DNA of 42,804 nt from a virus (IMGVR_UViG_3300030105_003769:1-42804); one strand, 5' to 3'; shown: positions 1 through 7,895, counted from the stretch's first letter. Notes: generated by a model from the letters alone, not told the origin. Made by a program: numbers and translations.

Positions 1-99
1 AATTGAAGAGGAGAAAAAGGAACAGGAGAGAATAAGGAAAGAAAACGAGCAATTAAGAAAGGAGGTAGCAGCAAAAGAAAAGATACATCAAGCCTCTTT
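1..99. repeat. Terminal overlap: bases 1-99 are identical to 42706-42804 (circular closure, assembly overlap or short terminal redundancy)
   Basis: I compared both ends base by base. AATTGAAGAGGAG...CATCAAGCCTCTTT is present at both termini, so the unique length is 42705 bp. Confidence 0.95.
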
Positions 100-586
100 G
101 GAGAAGCAAAGAAAGGAGGCAGCAGCAGCAGCAGCAAAAGAAAGGAAGAGAGTTGAAGCGCAAATAATAAAAGAGAGGGAGGAAAGGCAAATACAACAGC
201 AGCAGGAACAAAGAGAAAGGGATTTAATTGATGCTAAATTAAAAAAGGAAAAAGAGGAAGCTGAAAAAGTAAGGTTACAATTAGAGAAAAAACAAAAAGC
301 ATTTGAGCTTAAAGTTTTGGAAGAAAAAGAGAAAGCGGAAAAACTTGAATTAGTGGCAAAAAATAAAATTCAAGAATTAGAGAATGAGGCTAGATTAAAA
401 AAAGAACAGGAGGAAAAAGAAATTGAGGATAATTTGAAAAAAGGAGATGGAGAGAAAGTTGAAGATTTGGTTAAAGACTTAGGAGGATTAAAAACTAAGT
501 ATAACTTTAAATCAAAAGGGAATAAGGCAATGTATGAGAGAGTGAATATTTTATTGGGAAAAATCATTAAAGATATTCAAAATTAA
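2..586 (+). CDS. Glu/Lys/Gln-rich coiled-coil protein, C-terminal portion. The frame is open across the junction, from 42662 to the window end and then 2..586.
   Basis: There is no stop in this frame from base 2 to the TAA at 584-586. The track start at 98 is only a TTG, and the first in-frame ATG is at 530. It contains a (GCA)6 Ala6 run at 119-136 and has a heptad-like E/K composition. Confidence 0.5.
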   Translation: MEEEKKEQERIRKENEQLRKEVAAKEKIHQASLEKQRKEAAAAAAKERKRVEAQIIKEREERQIQQQQEQRERDLIDAKLKKEKEEAEKVRLQLEKKQKAFELKVLEEKEKAEKLELVAKNKIQELENEARLKKEQEEKEIEDNLKKGDGEKVEDLVKDLGGLKTKYNFKSKGNKAMYERVNILLGKIIKDIQN

Positions 587-614
587 AAGGGGTTTATTTT
601 ACACTATGAAACCA

Positions 615-644
615 GGAGGTGGGAAAAACTCACCTCCCTTTTTT
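615..644 (+). terminator. Intrinsic terminator
   Basis: Stem GGAGGTG (615-621) pairs with CACCTCC (631-637), followed by a T-run at 639-644. It lies directly after the stop at 586. Confidence 0.7.
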
Positions 645-665
645 AACAATCAAAAAAAATAGAAT

Positions 666-1247
666 ATGAAAAATAAAGAAATTTTAAATGGGGAATTTGA
701 TACAAGTGAATGTATTTGTACAAATCAAATAGAGTTTGAAAATTGTAGTCATGGTTGTTGTGAAGAACCAGAACCAGGAAATGAAACAGGATTTATTACC
801 ACCGATGAATATTTTGCAGCAAAGAAAGCAGAAAAGAAAACAGATGTTGAATTTCTTTCTGAGTACTTAGATTTATTAGAGGAAAGAACCGAAAATGTGA
901 GAAAAATTGGAGGTGTTACATGGCTTACTTTCTTCATGTTGAAAGCAGATTTAAAATGTAATCAATGGGAAATATACTGTATTCAAGAAACAGAAAAAGG
1001 AAAAAAAATAATTAAGGATTTAAAGGATAGGTGCAAAAGTTTTTCAGAAATGTTAGAGATTGAATTAAAAAAAACAACATTTGAAGGAATAAGAAACCAA
1101 ATAAAAGAAGAGGGGGGAATCCTTTGTTATGCGTTCGGAAACAAAGTGAGAAATGTTTTTTGTTATTCAGTAGAGGGAAGTAATATTATGGTTACTCATA
1201 ATTTTGAAACAGGAGAGGTAAAAATATTTGATGAAAGAAAGGTTTGA
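666..1247 (+). CDS. Hypothetical protein with an N-terminal Cys cluster (CxC..CxxxCC)
   Basis: 193-aa ORF with purine-rich sense codons. I recognise no family. Confidence 0.6.
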   Translation: MKNKEILNGEFDTSECICTNQIEFENCSHGCCEEPEPGNETGFITTDEYFAAKKAEKKTDVEFLSEYLDLLEERTENVRKIGGVTWLTFFMLKADLKCNQWEIYCIQETEKGKKIIKDLKDRCKSFSEMLEIELKKTTFEGIRNQIKEEGGILCYAFGNKVRNVFCYSVEGSNIMVTHNFETGEVKIFDERKV

Positions 1248-1278
1248 TATTGTGATAAATTGGTGTATTTTGTGACAA
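1243..1278 (+). promoter_or_regulatory. Promoter-like region with paired TGTGA(T/C)AA boxes
   Basis: The 26 nt TTTGATATTGTGATAAATTGGTGTAT (1243-1268) are identical to 4125-4150. There is a TTTG at 1243-1246, and boxes TGTGATAA at 1251-1258 and TGTGACAA at 1271-1278. The -7 box is one T short of TAnnTTTG. Confidence 0.5.
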
Positions 1279-1306
1279 ATATATTTAATAATTTAAAAAA
1301 AGGAAC

Positions 1307-1546
1307 ATGGAAAAATTTGAGGAAAAATTGGAGAAAGTTTTGGAATCAGAAACTGTTGGATCAAGGTTACAAATCCCCCTCCCTTTACTGGATGAAATTA
1401 AAGGTTATCAAATCCTGGTTAAGAAAACAGGAGGAAAAAAAATGAGTAGGGAAAATATTATTATTAGGATGATGTTGCACGGAAAAGAGGGATTAGAAAA
1501 AGAGAAAAAGGAAATGTTGAAAAAGTTAGTTGAGGAGTTGAGTTAA
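1307..1546 (+). CDS. Small ribbon-helix-helix-like (CopG/Arc-type) DNA-binding protein candidate
   Basis: The pattern is RLQIPLP (beta strand), LLDEIKGY (helix), then KMSRENIIIRMML (helix 2 with an S/T N-cap). It is the first ORF after the boxed promoter at 1243-1278. Confidence 0.4.
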   Translation: MEKFEEKLEKVLESETVGSRLQIPLPLLDEIKGYQILVKKTGGKKMSRENIIIRMMLHGKEGLEKEKKEMLKKLVEELS

Positions 1547-1573
1547 TTTTAAAAATCAAAAATCAATAGTATC

Positions 1574-2383
1574 ATGGAAGATAAAAAAATAGAATTAACA
1601 GTTGAAGAGGTAACAAAAATGTTACAACTAAAAACAGATGAACTAAGTGAAGCAAACCAGGAGGTATTAAATTTAAAAGTTAGGGGTTTGAAAGTATATG
1701 AAGAAAACCAACTTTTACAATTCTCTCCTCAATATGCAGCACAAGCGGCCGACATGAAATTCCATTTAGAAATGGCTAAACAATTTACAGCATCTAAAGC
1801 CTTCCCTAATTACAGTCCTGAACAAATTTATACAATAATGAAAGCAGGCTCTGAGATGAATATGAAGCCTTTGGAAAGTTTATCCTCCCTCTATATCCTC
1901 AAAGGGAAAATTGAGCCTTACGGAAAGGGAATGGTTGCTATTTTAACAAAAAACGGATATCGTTTAAAGTACACAAATGAAACTCCTTCAATGTGTACGG
2001 TTACAGCAACAAATGAAAAAGAGGATTTTTGTGGGAGTGAAACAGTAACAACAGCAGATCCAATTTTAAAAAGATCCAATGCGATTAAAATAGCACCAAA
2101 AAACAAACTACGTTTTCACGCTATTAGAATGCTTTTAAATTTTCAATTACCTCACTTGATTAGTTCCACCGCTGACTTATTTGAAAGGGATGCAGTAGAG
2201 CAAAAAAGTAAATCAAGTAAAGAGGTTACATTTGAAAAGACGGCCGCACGGGTTAGGAAACACATTGAGGAGAGCAAGGATATGGATGAGTTGGTGATGG
2301 TAAATGGAGAGGTTGATAAATATGAACTTAGAGATTTTTTTGATGATAAAAGTAGAGAGTTGGCATATAAAGAGTTGGCATAG
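1574..2383 (+). CDS. RecT-like single-strand annealing protein candidate
   Basis: The segment MNMKPLESLSSLYILKGKIEPYGKGMVAILTKNGY resembles the RecT core (lGLdP...y.iP.g....GY.G...l..rsG). It lies in a module with the exonuclease at 2981. The start is preceded by ATCAATAGT. Confidence 0.45.
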   Translation: MEDKKIELTVEEVTKMLQLKTDELSEANQEVLNLKVRGLKVYEENQLLQFSPQYAAQAADMKFHLEMAKQFTASKAFPNYSPEQIYTIMKAGSEMNMKPLESLSSLYILKGKIEPYGKGMVAILTKNGYRLKYTNETPSMCTVTATNEKEDFCGSETVTTADPILKRSNAIKIAPKNKLRFHAIRMLLNFQLPHLISSTADLFERDAVEQKSKSSKEVTFEKTAARVRKHIEESKDMDELVMVNGEVDKYELRDFFDDKSRELAYKELA

Positions 2384-2439
2384 AAATTGGATATAGTAAG
2401 TTGTGGGTAATATTTCCCAATTATTAAAAATCAATAGTT

Positions 2440-2538
2440 ATGTACAAATTAGAAGAGTTTAAAATTAAAAACGGGTATCAAGTTTTATTTGCATTAGTTG
2501 TGTTTTTGTCAGCTTGTTTTTCAATAATATATAATTAG
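2440..2538 (+). CDS. 32-aa membrane peptide (MYKLEEFKIKNGYQVLFALVVFLSACFSIIYN)
   Basis: Read by hand; it is below the track cutoff. The ATG lies 1 nt after the conserved ATCAATAGT motif, and there is one hydrophobic helix. Confidence 0.4.
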   Translation: MYKLEEFKIKNGYQVLFALVVFLSACFSIIYN

Positions 2539-2603
2539 TTTTAGTTAAAATGGTTGTTGATTGGCTCCTCTTTTTTGGGGAGTCAATTTTAAAAAAGAAA
2601 AAA

Positions 2604-2780
2604 ATGGATGATAAAATAAACGAGTTTGTAAAAATGGAATTAGGTTTAACCCTGGAGAATGTCATGGATGAATTTAAAGTATATGGAAAGTTTAATGTGG
2701 TTAAAGGGGTATTAAGGTTAATGGAGGGGAAAAAAATTGGTTATGATGATAAAAGTGAAACATTTTATTATGCAGATTAA
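2604..2780 (+). CDS. Hypothetical protein (58 aa)
   Basis: This is track ORF 2550..2780 trimmed to the ATG at 2604. The segment 2556-2590 forms the hairpin ATTGGCTCC..GGAGTCAAT and is unlikely to be coding. Confidence 0.45.
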   Translation: MDDKINEFVKMELGLTLENVMDEFKVYGKFNVVKGVLRLMEGKKIGYDDKSETFYYAD

Positions 2781-2991
2781 TTGGTATGGTGTACCCGAAA
2801 ACCTTAGAGAGGAAGTACTAAAAATCACAGAAAATGATGAATTAGAATTTTTTGAGATAGTGGGGAAATTAGAATTGATCTGTCCTTATTTTTTTTATCC
2901 AACCTTAATTTCTAATATGGTTGGAGAATGTAAAACAAAAACATTAACGAGTATTTATAAATTTAGAAAAAATCAATATCATGGAAAGTAA
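2770..2991 (+). CDS. Hypothetical protein
   Basis: Track ORF 2737..2991. The ATG at 2770 overlaps the previous stop, which suggests start-stop coupling. Confidence 0.4.
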   Translation: MQINWYGVPENLREEVLKITENDELEFFEIVGKLELICPYFFYPTLISNMVGECKTKTLTSIYKFRKNQYHGK

Positions 2992-3871
2992 ATGGAAAAA
3001 CTTAGAGAATTATAAAGAGTGGCTAAAAATTCAATATGAGATAGGGGGAGTTGCATTAAGAGAGGAGATTATTGAAATAGGGGGAGAAATGCTAGAAGAT
3101 AGTTACAATGAAATAAGGGATTTTTTAACCACCGAAATTAACAAACCTCGTTTTAGGGCCTCCTCAATTGGTGGACTCAAATCAGATCCAAGATTAAAAA
3201 GTGATAAGGAAGCAGGGAAACTTGCAAAGGGAGTTGAGACGATGGTTGAGGATATTTGGCTAAAGAAAAATTACGGTTACGATGCTTTTATGGAAGTAAA
3301 TGCGACTCAGAAAGGGAAAATGTGTGAAGAGGATGCAATTGGTTTGGTTCAATTACTTGACAAAGGAGCCAAGGAATACAGGTTTAAGAATGAAATTAGG
3401 ATGTACAATGAGTTTTCAAATGGAGAATGTGATATAGCTTTAAATGATTCTATTGAGGATATTAAAGTGGCCTATGATGTACGTTCATTTTTCCAAAAAG
3501 GTAAGAAAGAATTTTATACTCATAAAGGAGAAAAGATTTGGGGATTTAATAAGTTGCAATTTGGACAGGCTCAAGACTATATGAGGCTTTGGAACAAACC
3601 TAAATTCACTCTCCTCTATTGTGCTATTGATACTCCGGAGGAGTTGATTAGAGATGAAGAGAAAAGGGTTTATTACAAATATGGAATGGATGAAGATAGT
3701 GAGGCTTATATTGAAGCCAGTAAGCAGATAAGGAAAAATCATGATTTCAACCAAATTCCAATTGAAAAAAGAGTTAAAAAATTTACTATTCTAAGGGATC
3801 AAGATTATTTGGATGATTTGAGAGAAAGAGAAATTACAGGAATGAAGTATTACGAAACCTTAGAACTATAA
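2981..3871 (+). CDS. YqaJ/lambda-Exo-like PD-(D/E)XK recombination exonuclease
   Basis: RFRASSIGG matches the N-terminal (T/S)AS motif and GKMCEEDAIGLV matches the G..E..A motif. GECDIAL...SIEDIKVAYD supplies the D...(D/E)xK motif. It is paired with the annealing-protein candidate. Confidence 0.6.
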   Translation: MESKWKNLENYKEWLKIQYEIGGVALREEIIEIGGEMLEDSYNEIRDFLTTEINKPRFRASSIGGLKSDPRLKSDKEAGKLAKGVETMVEDIWLKKNYGYDAFMEVNATQKGKMCEEDAIGLVQLLDKGAKEYRFKNEIRMYNEFSNGECDIALNDSIEDIKVAYDVRSFFQKGKKEFYTHKGEKIWGFNKLQFGQAQDYMRLWNKPKFTLLYCAIDTPEELIRDEEKRVYYKYGMDEDSEAYIEASKQIRKNHDFNQIPIEKRVKKFTILRDQDYLDDLREREITGMKYYETLEL

Positions 3872-3946
3872 AATATATAGTGCAAATTGAGGGAAACCCA
3901 AAAGAGGGATTTTTAATGTTTGGTTATATGGATTTCAATGTATGGT

Positions 3947-3980
3947 TACCCGGCTCCCTAGATAGAGCCGGGTACTTTTT
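3947..3980 (+). terminator. Intrinsic terminator
   Basis: A 10-bp stem, TACCCGGCTC (3947-3956) with GAGCCGGGTA (3965-3974), is followed by CTTTTT. Confidence 0.8.
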
Positions 3981-4124
3981 AAGATCAATCCTAAAAATAT
4001 AGGAGTTTTCGACTTATGTGTCGAGAACTAACCTGAAAATATATTCATAGTTTTGTTTTGTTTCCCCAATCATTAAAAAGCAGGTATAAAGTTTTTTTTT
4101 GGTTGGGTTTTTTTTAAATCTTTA

Positions 4125-4161
4125 TTTGATATTGTGATAAATTGGTGTATATTTGTGATAA
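4125..4161 (+). promoter_or_regulatory. Consensus Bacteroidota sigma-A-type promoter overlapped by two TGTGATAA boxes
   Basis: TTTG is at 4125-4128 and TATATTTG (TAnnTTTG) at 4148-4155, with a 19-nt spacer. TGTGATAA occurs at 4133-4140 and 4154-4161. Confidence 0.7.
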
Positions 4162-4199
4162 GATAATATAATTGTTCATATCATTTAAAAAAAAGTCTC

Positions 4200-4265
4200 A
4201 TGATAATCCTATCAATTATTTCTTTACTTTCAATTCTTTTAGGTTGCGAAAAATGGAAAGAATAA
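4200..4265 (+). CDS. 21-codon leader micro-ORF MIILSIISLLSILLGCEKWKE (lipobox-like LLGC)
   Basis: Read by hand. It is the first ATG downstream of the 4125-4155 promoter and is followed by the terminator hairpin at 4350-4389. Confidence 0.3.
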   Translation: MIILSIISLLSILLGCEKWKE

Positions 4266-4349
4266 ATAGTACATTTGTTTTATAATCAAGATAATTAAAG
4301 TAGAAGTTAATTATTTTCGATTCAAGAATTTTAAAACAAAAATTTGTTT

Positions 4350-4389
4350 CCCCGTGATCTGCTTCTACCAGTTCATGGGGTTTTTTTTT
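4350..4389 (+). terminator. Terminator or attenuator hairpin in the leader of the replication operon
   Basis: CCCCGTGA (4350-4357) pairs with TCATGGGG (4373-4380), with one G-U pair, and is followed by T9 (4381-4389). The hairpin ends 12 nt before the ATG at 4402. Confidence 0.6.
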
Positions 4390-4401
4390 AAAAAATTACC
4401 T

Positions 4402-5355
4402 ATGAAAAAGAGTTTGAAAAGTTTAATTGGTGGGGATGCGTTTTGGATGGTAAATAAAAAACTGGTTAGATTTATTGGTTGTGTGGAGTCAGGAGTATTA
4501 ATATCATTTTTAGTTGATAAAGAAGATTATCACATTCAAACAGGAGAATTAATTGAAAAAGATGGGAGGTTTTATTTTTATGCTACTAGTGAAAAAATAG
4601 AGTTTGAAACATCATTAACATACGGGAAGCAAAAAAAATGTTTAAAGATCCTTTCAGATGAGGGAATGATTAATATCATCAAAATGGGACTTCCTGCAAA
4701 GTTGTATTTTTCAATTGATGAGAATGTTATTTTAAGCGTTTTGTTGGGGGAAAAAACTAGCTCAAAACAAGTATTAGTGAAACCCAAAACAAAGAATTTA
4801 GGAAACGCTAATTCAAGTATTAGCGAAACGCCAAAACAAGTATTAGTGAAACGTGATGATATACTAATAACAAAGCCATTAATAACAAAAGATAAAGAAC
4901 AAAAGAACAATAGCTTCTCCACTCTTTTTCCAATTTCTCAAGAGATCGACAAAAAAGAAGCAAAGAAAAGAGGTTTGATTTTAGGTTGTGTTTTAGTAAT
5001 TGAATATTTCAATGAATTGTCAGGGAGAAATGTAAGTACAAAAGAAGATAGTGAAAATGTAAAGTATGTTTTAGGCTTGAGGAAAACAGTAGGGAATTTT
5101 GAGGATATTAAATTGATGATTCAGTTTAAATGTTGGGAATGGAAAGATGATAAAAAAATGGCAGTTCATTTAAAGCCTGTTACGATATTTAAAAGGCATG
5201 GCCAAAGATACGTTGAGGAGGCTTTGGAAGCTAAAACCAATGAAGTATACCAAAACGCTTTAAAATCCTCTAAGGATGAAGGAAAAGGGGGAAAGGGAGG
5301 ATTTAAAGGGGGTGAATTAACTAAAGGAGTTGCAAACAGATTGAAAAACTTTTAA
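4402..5355 (+). CDS. Replication initiation or organiser protein with a Phg_2220_C-type C-terminal domain
   Basis: The C-terminus VIEYFNELSGRNVSTKEDSENVKYVLGLRKTVGNFEDIKLMIQFKCWEWKDDKKMAVHLKPVTIFKRHGQRYVEEA fits the phage conserved C-terminus TIGR02220 pattern (yLN...g..f......I.aR...g....d...vI..k...W......m..YLrP.TlF). I moved the start from 4354, a GTG inside the hairpin, to the ATG at 4402. Confidence 0.65.
   Translation: MKKSLKSLIGGDAFWMVNKKLVRFIGCVESGVLISFLVDKEDYHIQTGELIEKDGRFYFYATSEKIEFETSLTYGKQKKCLKILSDEGMINIIKMGLPAKLYFSIDENVILSVLLGEKTSSKQVLVKPKTKNLGNANSSISETPKQVLVKRDDILITKPLITKDKEQKNNSFSTLFPISQEIDKKEAKKRGLILGCVLVIEYFNELSGRNVSTKEDSENVKYVLGLRKTVGNFEDIKLMIQFKCWEWKDDKKMAVHLKPVTIFKRHGQRYVEEALEAKTNEVYQNALKSSKDEGKGGKGGFKGGELTKGVANRLKNF
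4763..4852 (+). repeat. Iteron-like direct repeats inside the replication gene
   Basis: CAAAACAAGTATTAGTGAAAC is exact at 4763-4783 and 4832-4852. A third copy of the 16-nt core, CAAGTATTAGcGAAAC, is at 4814-4829 and is read in a different codon phase. Core starts are at 4768, 4814 and 4837, giving spacings of 46 and 23 bp. Confidence 0.7.
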
Positions 5356-5391
5356 ATCAATAGCAAAAACCGTTTTTAAAAAAAAATTACT

Positions 5392-6243
5392 ATGAAAAAA
5401 CATGAAATTATTCCAATTGGAGAAAACAGAAAATTAACTACATACTCAAAAAGTTTCTTAAAAGGTTTGAGAGATAATTGGGGAGCAAAAAAAGTAACTA
5501 GAAAAAAGGTTATCCGGTCCGATGAAACAGGAGAACCAATTTGGGGAGATGTTGAAATTCTATTAGAGTCAGGAAATAGGAGGCTAAATAAGGGGATTGA
5601 AAGAGAGGTTTTTTATGAGTTTGCTGAAATGATTAAGAGCCAGGAGGAAGAGGAAAATATTAATAGTATTGTTGAAGCAGGATATTTTGAAGTTAACAAA
5701 GCCATTGCAGCCTTTAAAACGACTCCAAATTTTGTTATGGATAGAAGATTAATTCCCAAGAGTTTTGATGAAAGTGAAGAGTTAGGAATAAGTAGTATTG
5801 CAAGTTTAGTGAAATATAAAGGGGAGCAAAAAACAGAGGATTTGATTTTTGTATTAATCATGGGATTTGTTAAAAAGTTTGGGAAAAGAAATGATTTGAA
5901 TGAGGGAGATATAGTTGAGTTATGCCAGGATATAGTTTCTCAATTTAGGAGTTTAAACATTGCAGATATAAAAATGATTTTCAATAAAGCTCTCTTTACA
6001 TCTTACAAAAAATTCAATTTGGACTATGCAAGCGTTTTAGAGATCTTGAATGATTGCAAAGAGGAAAGGATGAAGTGGGCAATTGAGAAACAAACTGAGG
6101 AGCATAGGAGGATGACAGGACAGGAGAAAAGTGTGAGATTCAAAGAAAAGGCTCCAATACTTTCAGGAGATGGATTAGGGATGGAGGAAATGATGAGGGA
6201 AATTAAATTAAATGAGGATAACCAAAAACGTGAAAAAATTTAA
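5392..6243 (+). CDS. Hypothetical protein in the replication module
   Basis: 283-aa ORF directly downstream of the initiator. No Walker motif or other family is recognised. Confidence 0.6.
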   Translation: MKKHEIIPIGENRKLTTYSKSFLKGLRDNWGAKKVTRKKVIRSDETGEPIWGDVEILLESGNRRLNKGIEREVFYEFAEMIKSQEEEENINSIVEAGYFEVNKAIAAFKTTPNFVMDRRLIPKSFDESEELGISSIASLVKYKGEQKTEDLIFVLIMGFVKKFGKRNDLNEGDIVELCQDIVSQFRSLNIADIKMIFNKALFTSYKKFNLDYASVLEILNDCKEERMKWAIEKQTEEHRRMTGQEKSVRFKEKAPILSGDGLGMEEMMREIKLNEDNQKREKI

Positions 6244-6276
6244 ACCAGTATTTTATAATTTTTAAAAATCAATAGT

Positions 6277-6453
6277 ATGTCAAAGGAAAGCGAAATAAAA
6301 AAGGAAATTTTCAATTTGGGAAACCAAGTGATGAGATTAAAAAATGAATGTTCGGAGTTAGAGATAAGAATAAGAGTGAGTCGAGCGGAATTAGAATTAA
6401 CAAAGCAATTTATAACCAATTTAGAATCATTAGAAAAAAAGCAAAAACAATGA
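6277..6453 (+). CDS. 58-aa coiled-coil protein (MSKESEIKKEIFNLGNQVMRLKNECSELEIRIRV...)
   Basis: Read by hand. The ATG immediately follows ATCAATAGT (6268-6276). It replaces the alternative-frame track ORF 6348..6533. Confidence 0.5.
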   Translation: MSKESEIKKEIFNLGNQVMRLKNECSELEIRIRVSRAELELTKQFITNLESLEKKQKQ

Positions 6454-6561
6454 TAATATTTTTAAAGGTATCGACAATGTTTTTAATTTATCTTTTAGGT
6501 GTTAAAATGCTAAAAGATCTTACCAGTAAATAATTTTTAAATCTTTTAAATAAATCAAAAA

Positions 6562-6933
6562 ATGGAAGTTAAAGTAATTCACGAAATGGACAAAGGGGAT
6601 TTCACAGAGGAAAGAGGAACTGAAAAAATACAAATGAAAAGGGGGATTGAAATTGAAGGGAAAAACAGGAGTAACCTAATGGTTACTTTGTCGCTTAATT
6701 GGAAAAAAGGTTTGTATTCTATTACTCCACAATGGAACAGCGGACAAATCACAGGGGATGACATTATTGATACTGCTACATTGAGAGCAATGAATCAATT
6801 AATGTTTTCAGCTAGAAATCGAGGGAGAGCGTGGCAAATGGATTGGAATGACAAAAACCCGGTTGATCCGGCACAAGAAGAAATTTTTCCAAAGGATGAG
6901 GATGAGGATTTACAAGAAGGATTTGGGGAATAA
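6562..6933 (+). CDS. Hypothetical protein
   Basis: 123-aa ORF with typical composition and an acidic C-terminus. Confidence 0.55.
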   Translation: MEVKVIHEMDKGDFTEERGTEKIQMKRGIEIEGKNRSNLMVTLSLNWKKGLYSITPQWNSGQITGDDIIDTATLRAMNQLMFSARNRGRAWQMDWNDKNPVDPAQEEIFPKDEDEDLQEGFGE

Positions 6934-7010
6934 AAAATATTCATGGGATTATAATTTGTTGTAATGTGGGGAGCAACACCGCTCTCCACATCTTTAAAAA
7001 AAAAATCATT

Positions 7011-7142
7011 ATGGAAAATTCAAAAGGAACAAATTCAAAAGTTGGAAAAAGAGGAGTATCAAAAAGAGAGTTGATAAAAATTAAAAAGGGGAAGAAAAAA
7101 TTTAATATAGGTTGTGGAGGAGATATTACAAATTTAGGGTAA
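7011..7142 (+). CDS. 43-aa basic peptide (possible)
   Basis: Read by hand. The ATG follows the hairpin at 6965-6990 and an A-rich leader. Confidence 0.25.
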   Translation: MENSKGTNSKVGKRGVSKRELIKIKKGKKKFNIGCGGDITNLG

Positions 7143-7301
7143 AAGTTTTTAACCAAAAAAAACAAAAGTGATGAAAAAGAAAAATGAAATTATTATCTCA
7201 GATATGAAAAAGAAATTAAAAACTGTTTCTCCTGTCAAAACTAAAAAAAGTAATGGTTCGGGAATGGTTTGGATTTATGTTTGTTAAAAAATAAAGAAAT
7301 T

Positions 7302-7637
7302 ATGAAAAATCTATTTAGTGTTTTAGTGGTGGCTTTAATCTTTGTTTCATGCGTGAAAAATGAGTTACCGATTAGTGAAAAAGAGGAAGTGTATGGGAGT
7401 TATTTAGCTATTGACACATTGCAAGAGATTCAATTGCTCAACTTCTCAGAGCCTTATATTTATCTGCTTAAAAAAGATAGTACGGTAGTCAGGCATTACA
7501 ATTATTTTATTTTTGATAATCATTGTTTTGATGGGGAAGGGAATTATATTTTTGAAATAGTTTATTTGGAAAATAGGGATCTTAAAATTATTGATATTGG
7601 GAATAATGAAATTTTGGATTTCAGAAATAAATATTGA
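7302..7637 (+). CDS. Lipoprotein (MKNLFSVLVVALIFVSC...)
   Basis: It has a signal peptide with the lipobox-like IFVSC. I moved the track start (TTG at 7269) to the ATG at 7302. Confidence 0.55.
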   Translation: MKNLFSVLVVALIFVSCVKNELPISEKEEVYGSYLAIDTLQEIQLLNFSEPYIYLLKKDSTVVRHYNYFIFDNHCFDGEGNYIFEIVYLENRDLKIIDIGNNEILDFRNKY

Positions 7638-7658
7638 TTAACGTTTAAAATAATAATT

Positions 7659-7895
7659 ATGGCAATAATTAAAAAAAAATTAGTTTCAGATGAAGATGTT
7701 TTAAAGTGTTTTGCAAAAGGCAAAATTCATACTTTAATGTGTAATTCTCTTGCAAATCAAGCAATTTCATTAATTCTTTCCCCTAGCGATAATCATTTAG
7801 GGAAATTAGATGAAATCAAAGAATGTTTAAGATTAATGGATGATTCTACAAAAAAACATTTGTTTAAAAAGGGTTTTGGTATTCAGAAACCATAA
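7659..7895 (+). CDS. Hypothetical protein
   Basis: 78-aa ORF. Confidence 0.5.
   Translation: MAIIKKKLVSDEDVLKCFAKGKIHTLMCNSLANQAISLILSPSDNHLGKLDEIKECLRLMDDSTKKHLFKKGFGIQKP

Noticed and set aside
119-136. (GCA)6 trinucleotide run encoding Ala6
   Set aside because: It is a short coding microsatellite within a low-complexity coiled-coil protein, and nothing suggests a separate function.
4354-4401. Track starts and alternative-frame ORFs: 4354 (GTG), 33758, 36952, 39040, 14066, 7269 and 17929 as gene starts; ORFs 1260..1445, 6348..6533 and 38473..38664
   Set aside because: The upstream extensions begin at non-ATG codons inside hairpins or inside the preceding gene, whereas internal ATGs give clean signal peptides or sensible spacing. 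The three extra ORFs overlap better-supported frames and have odd composition.
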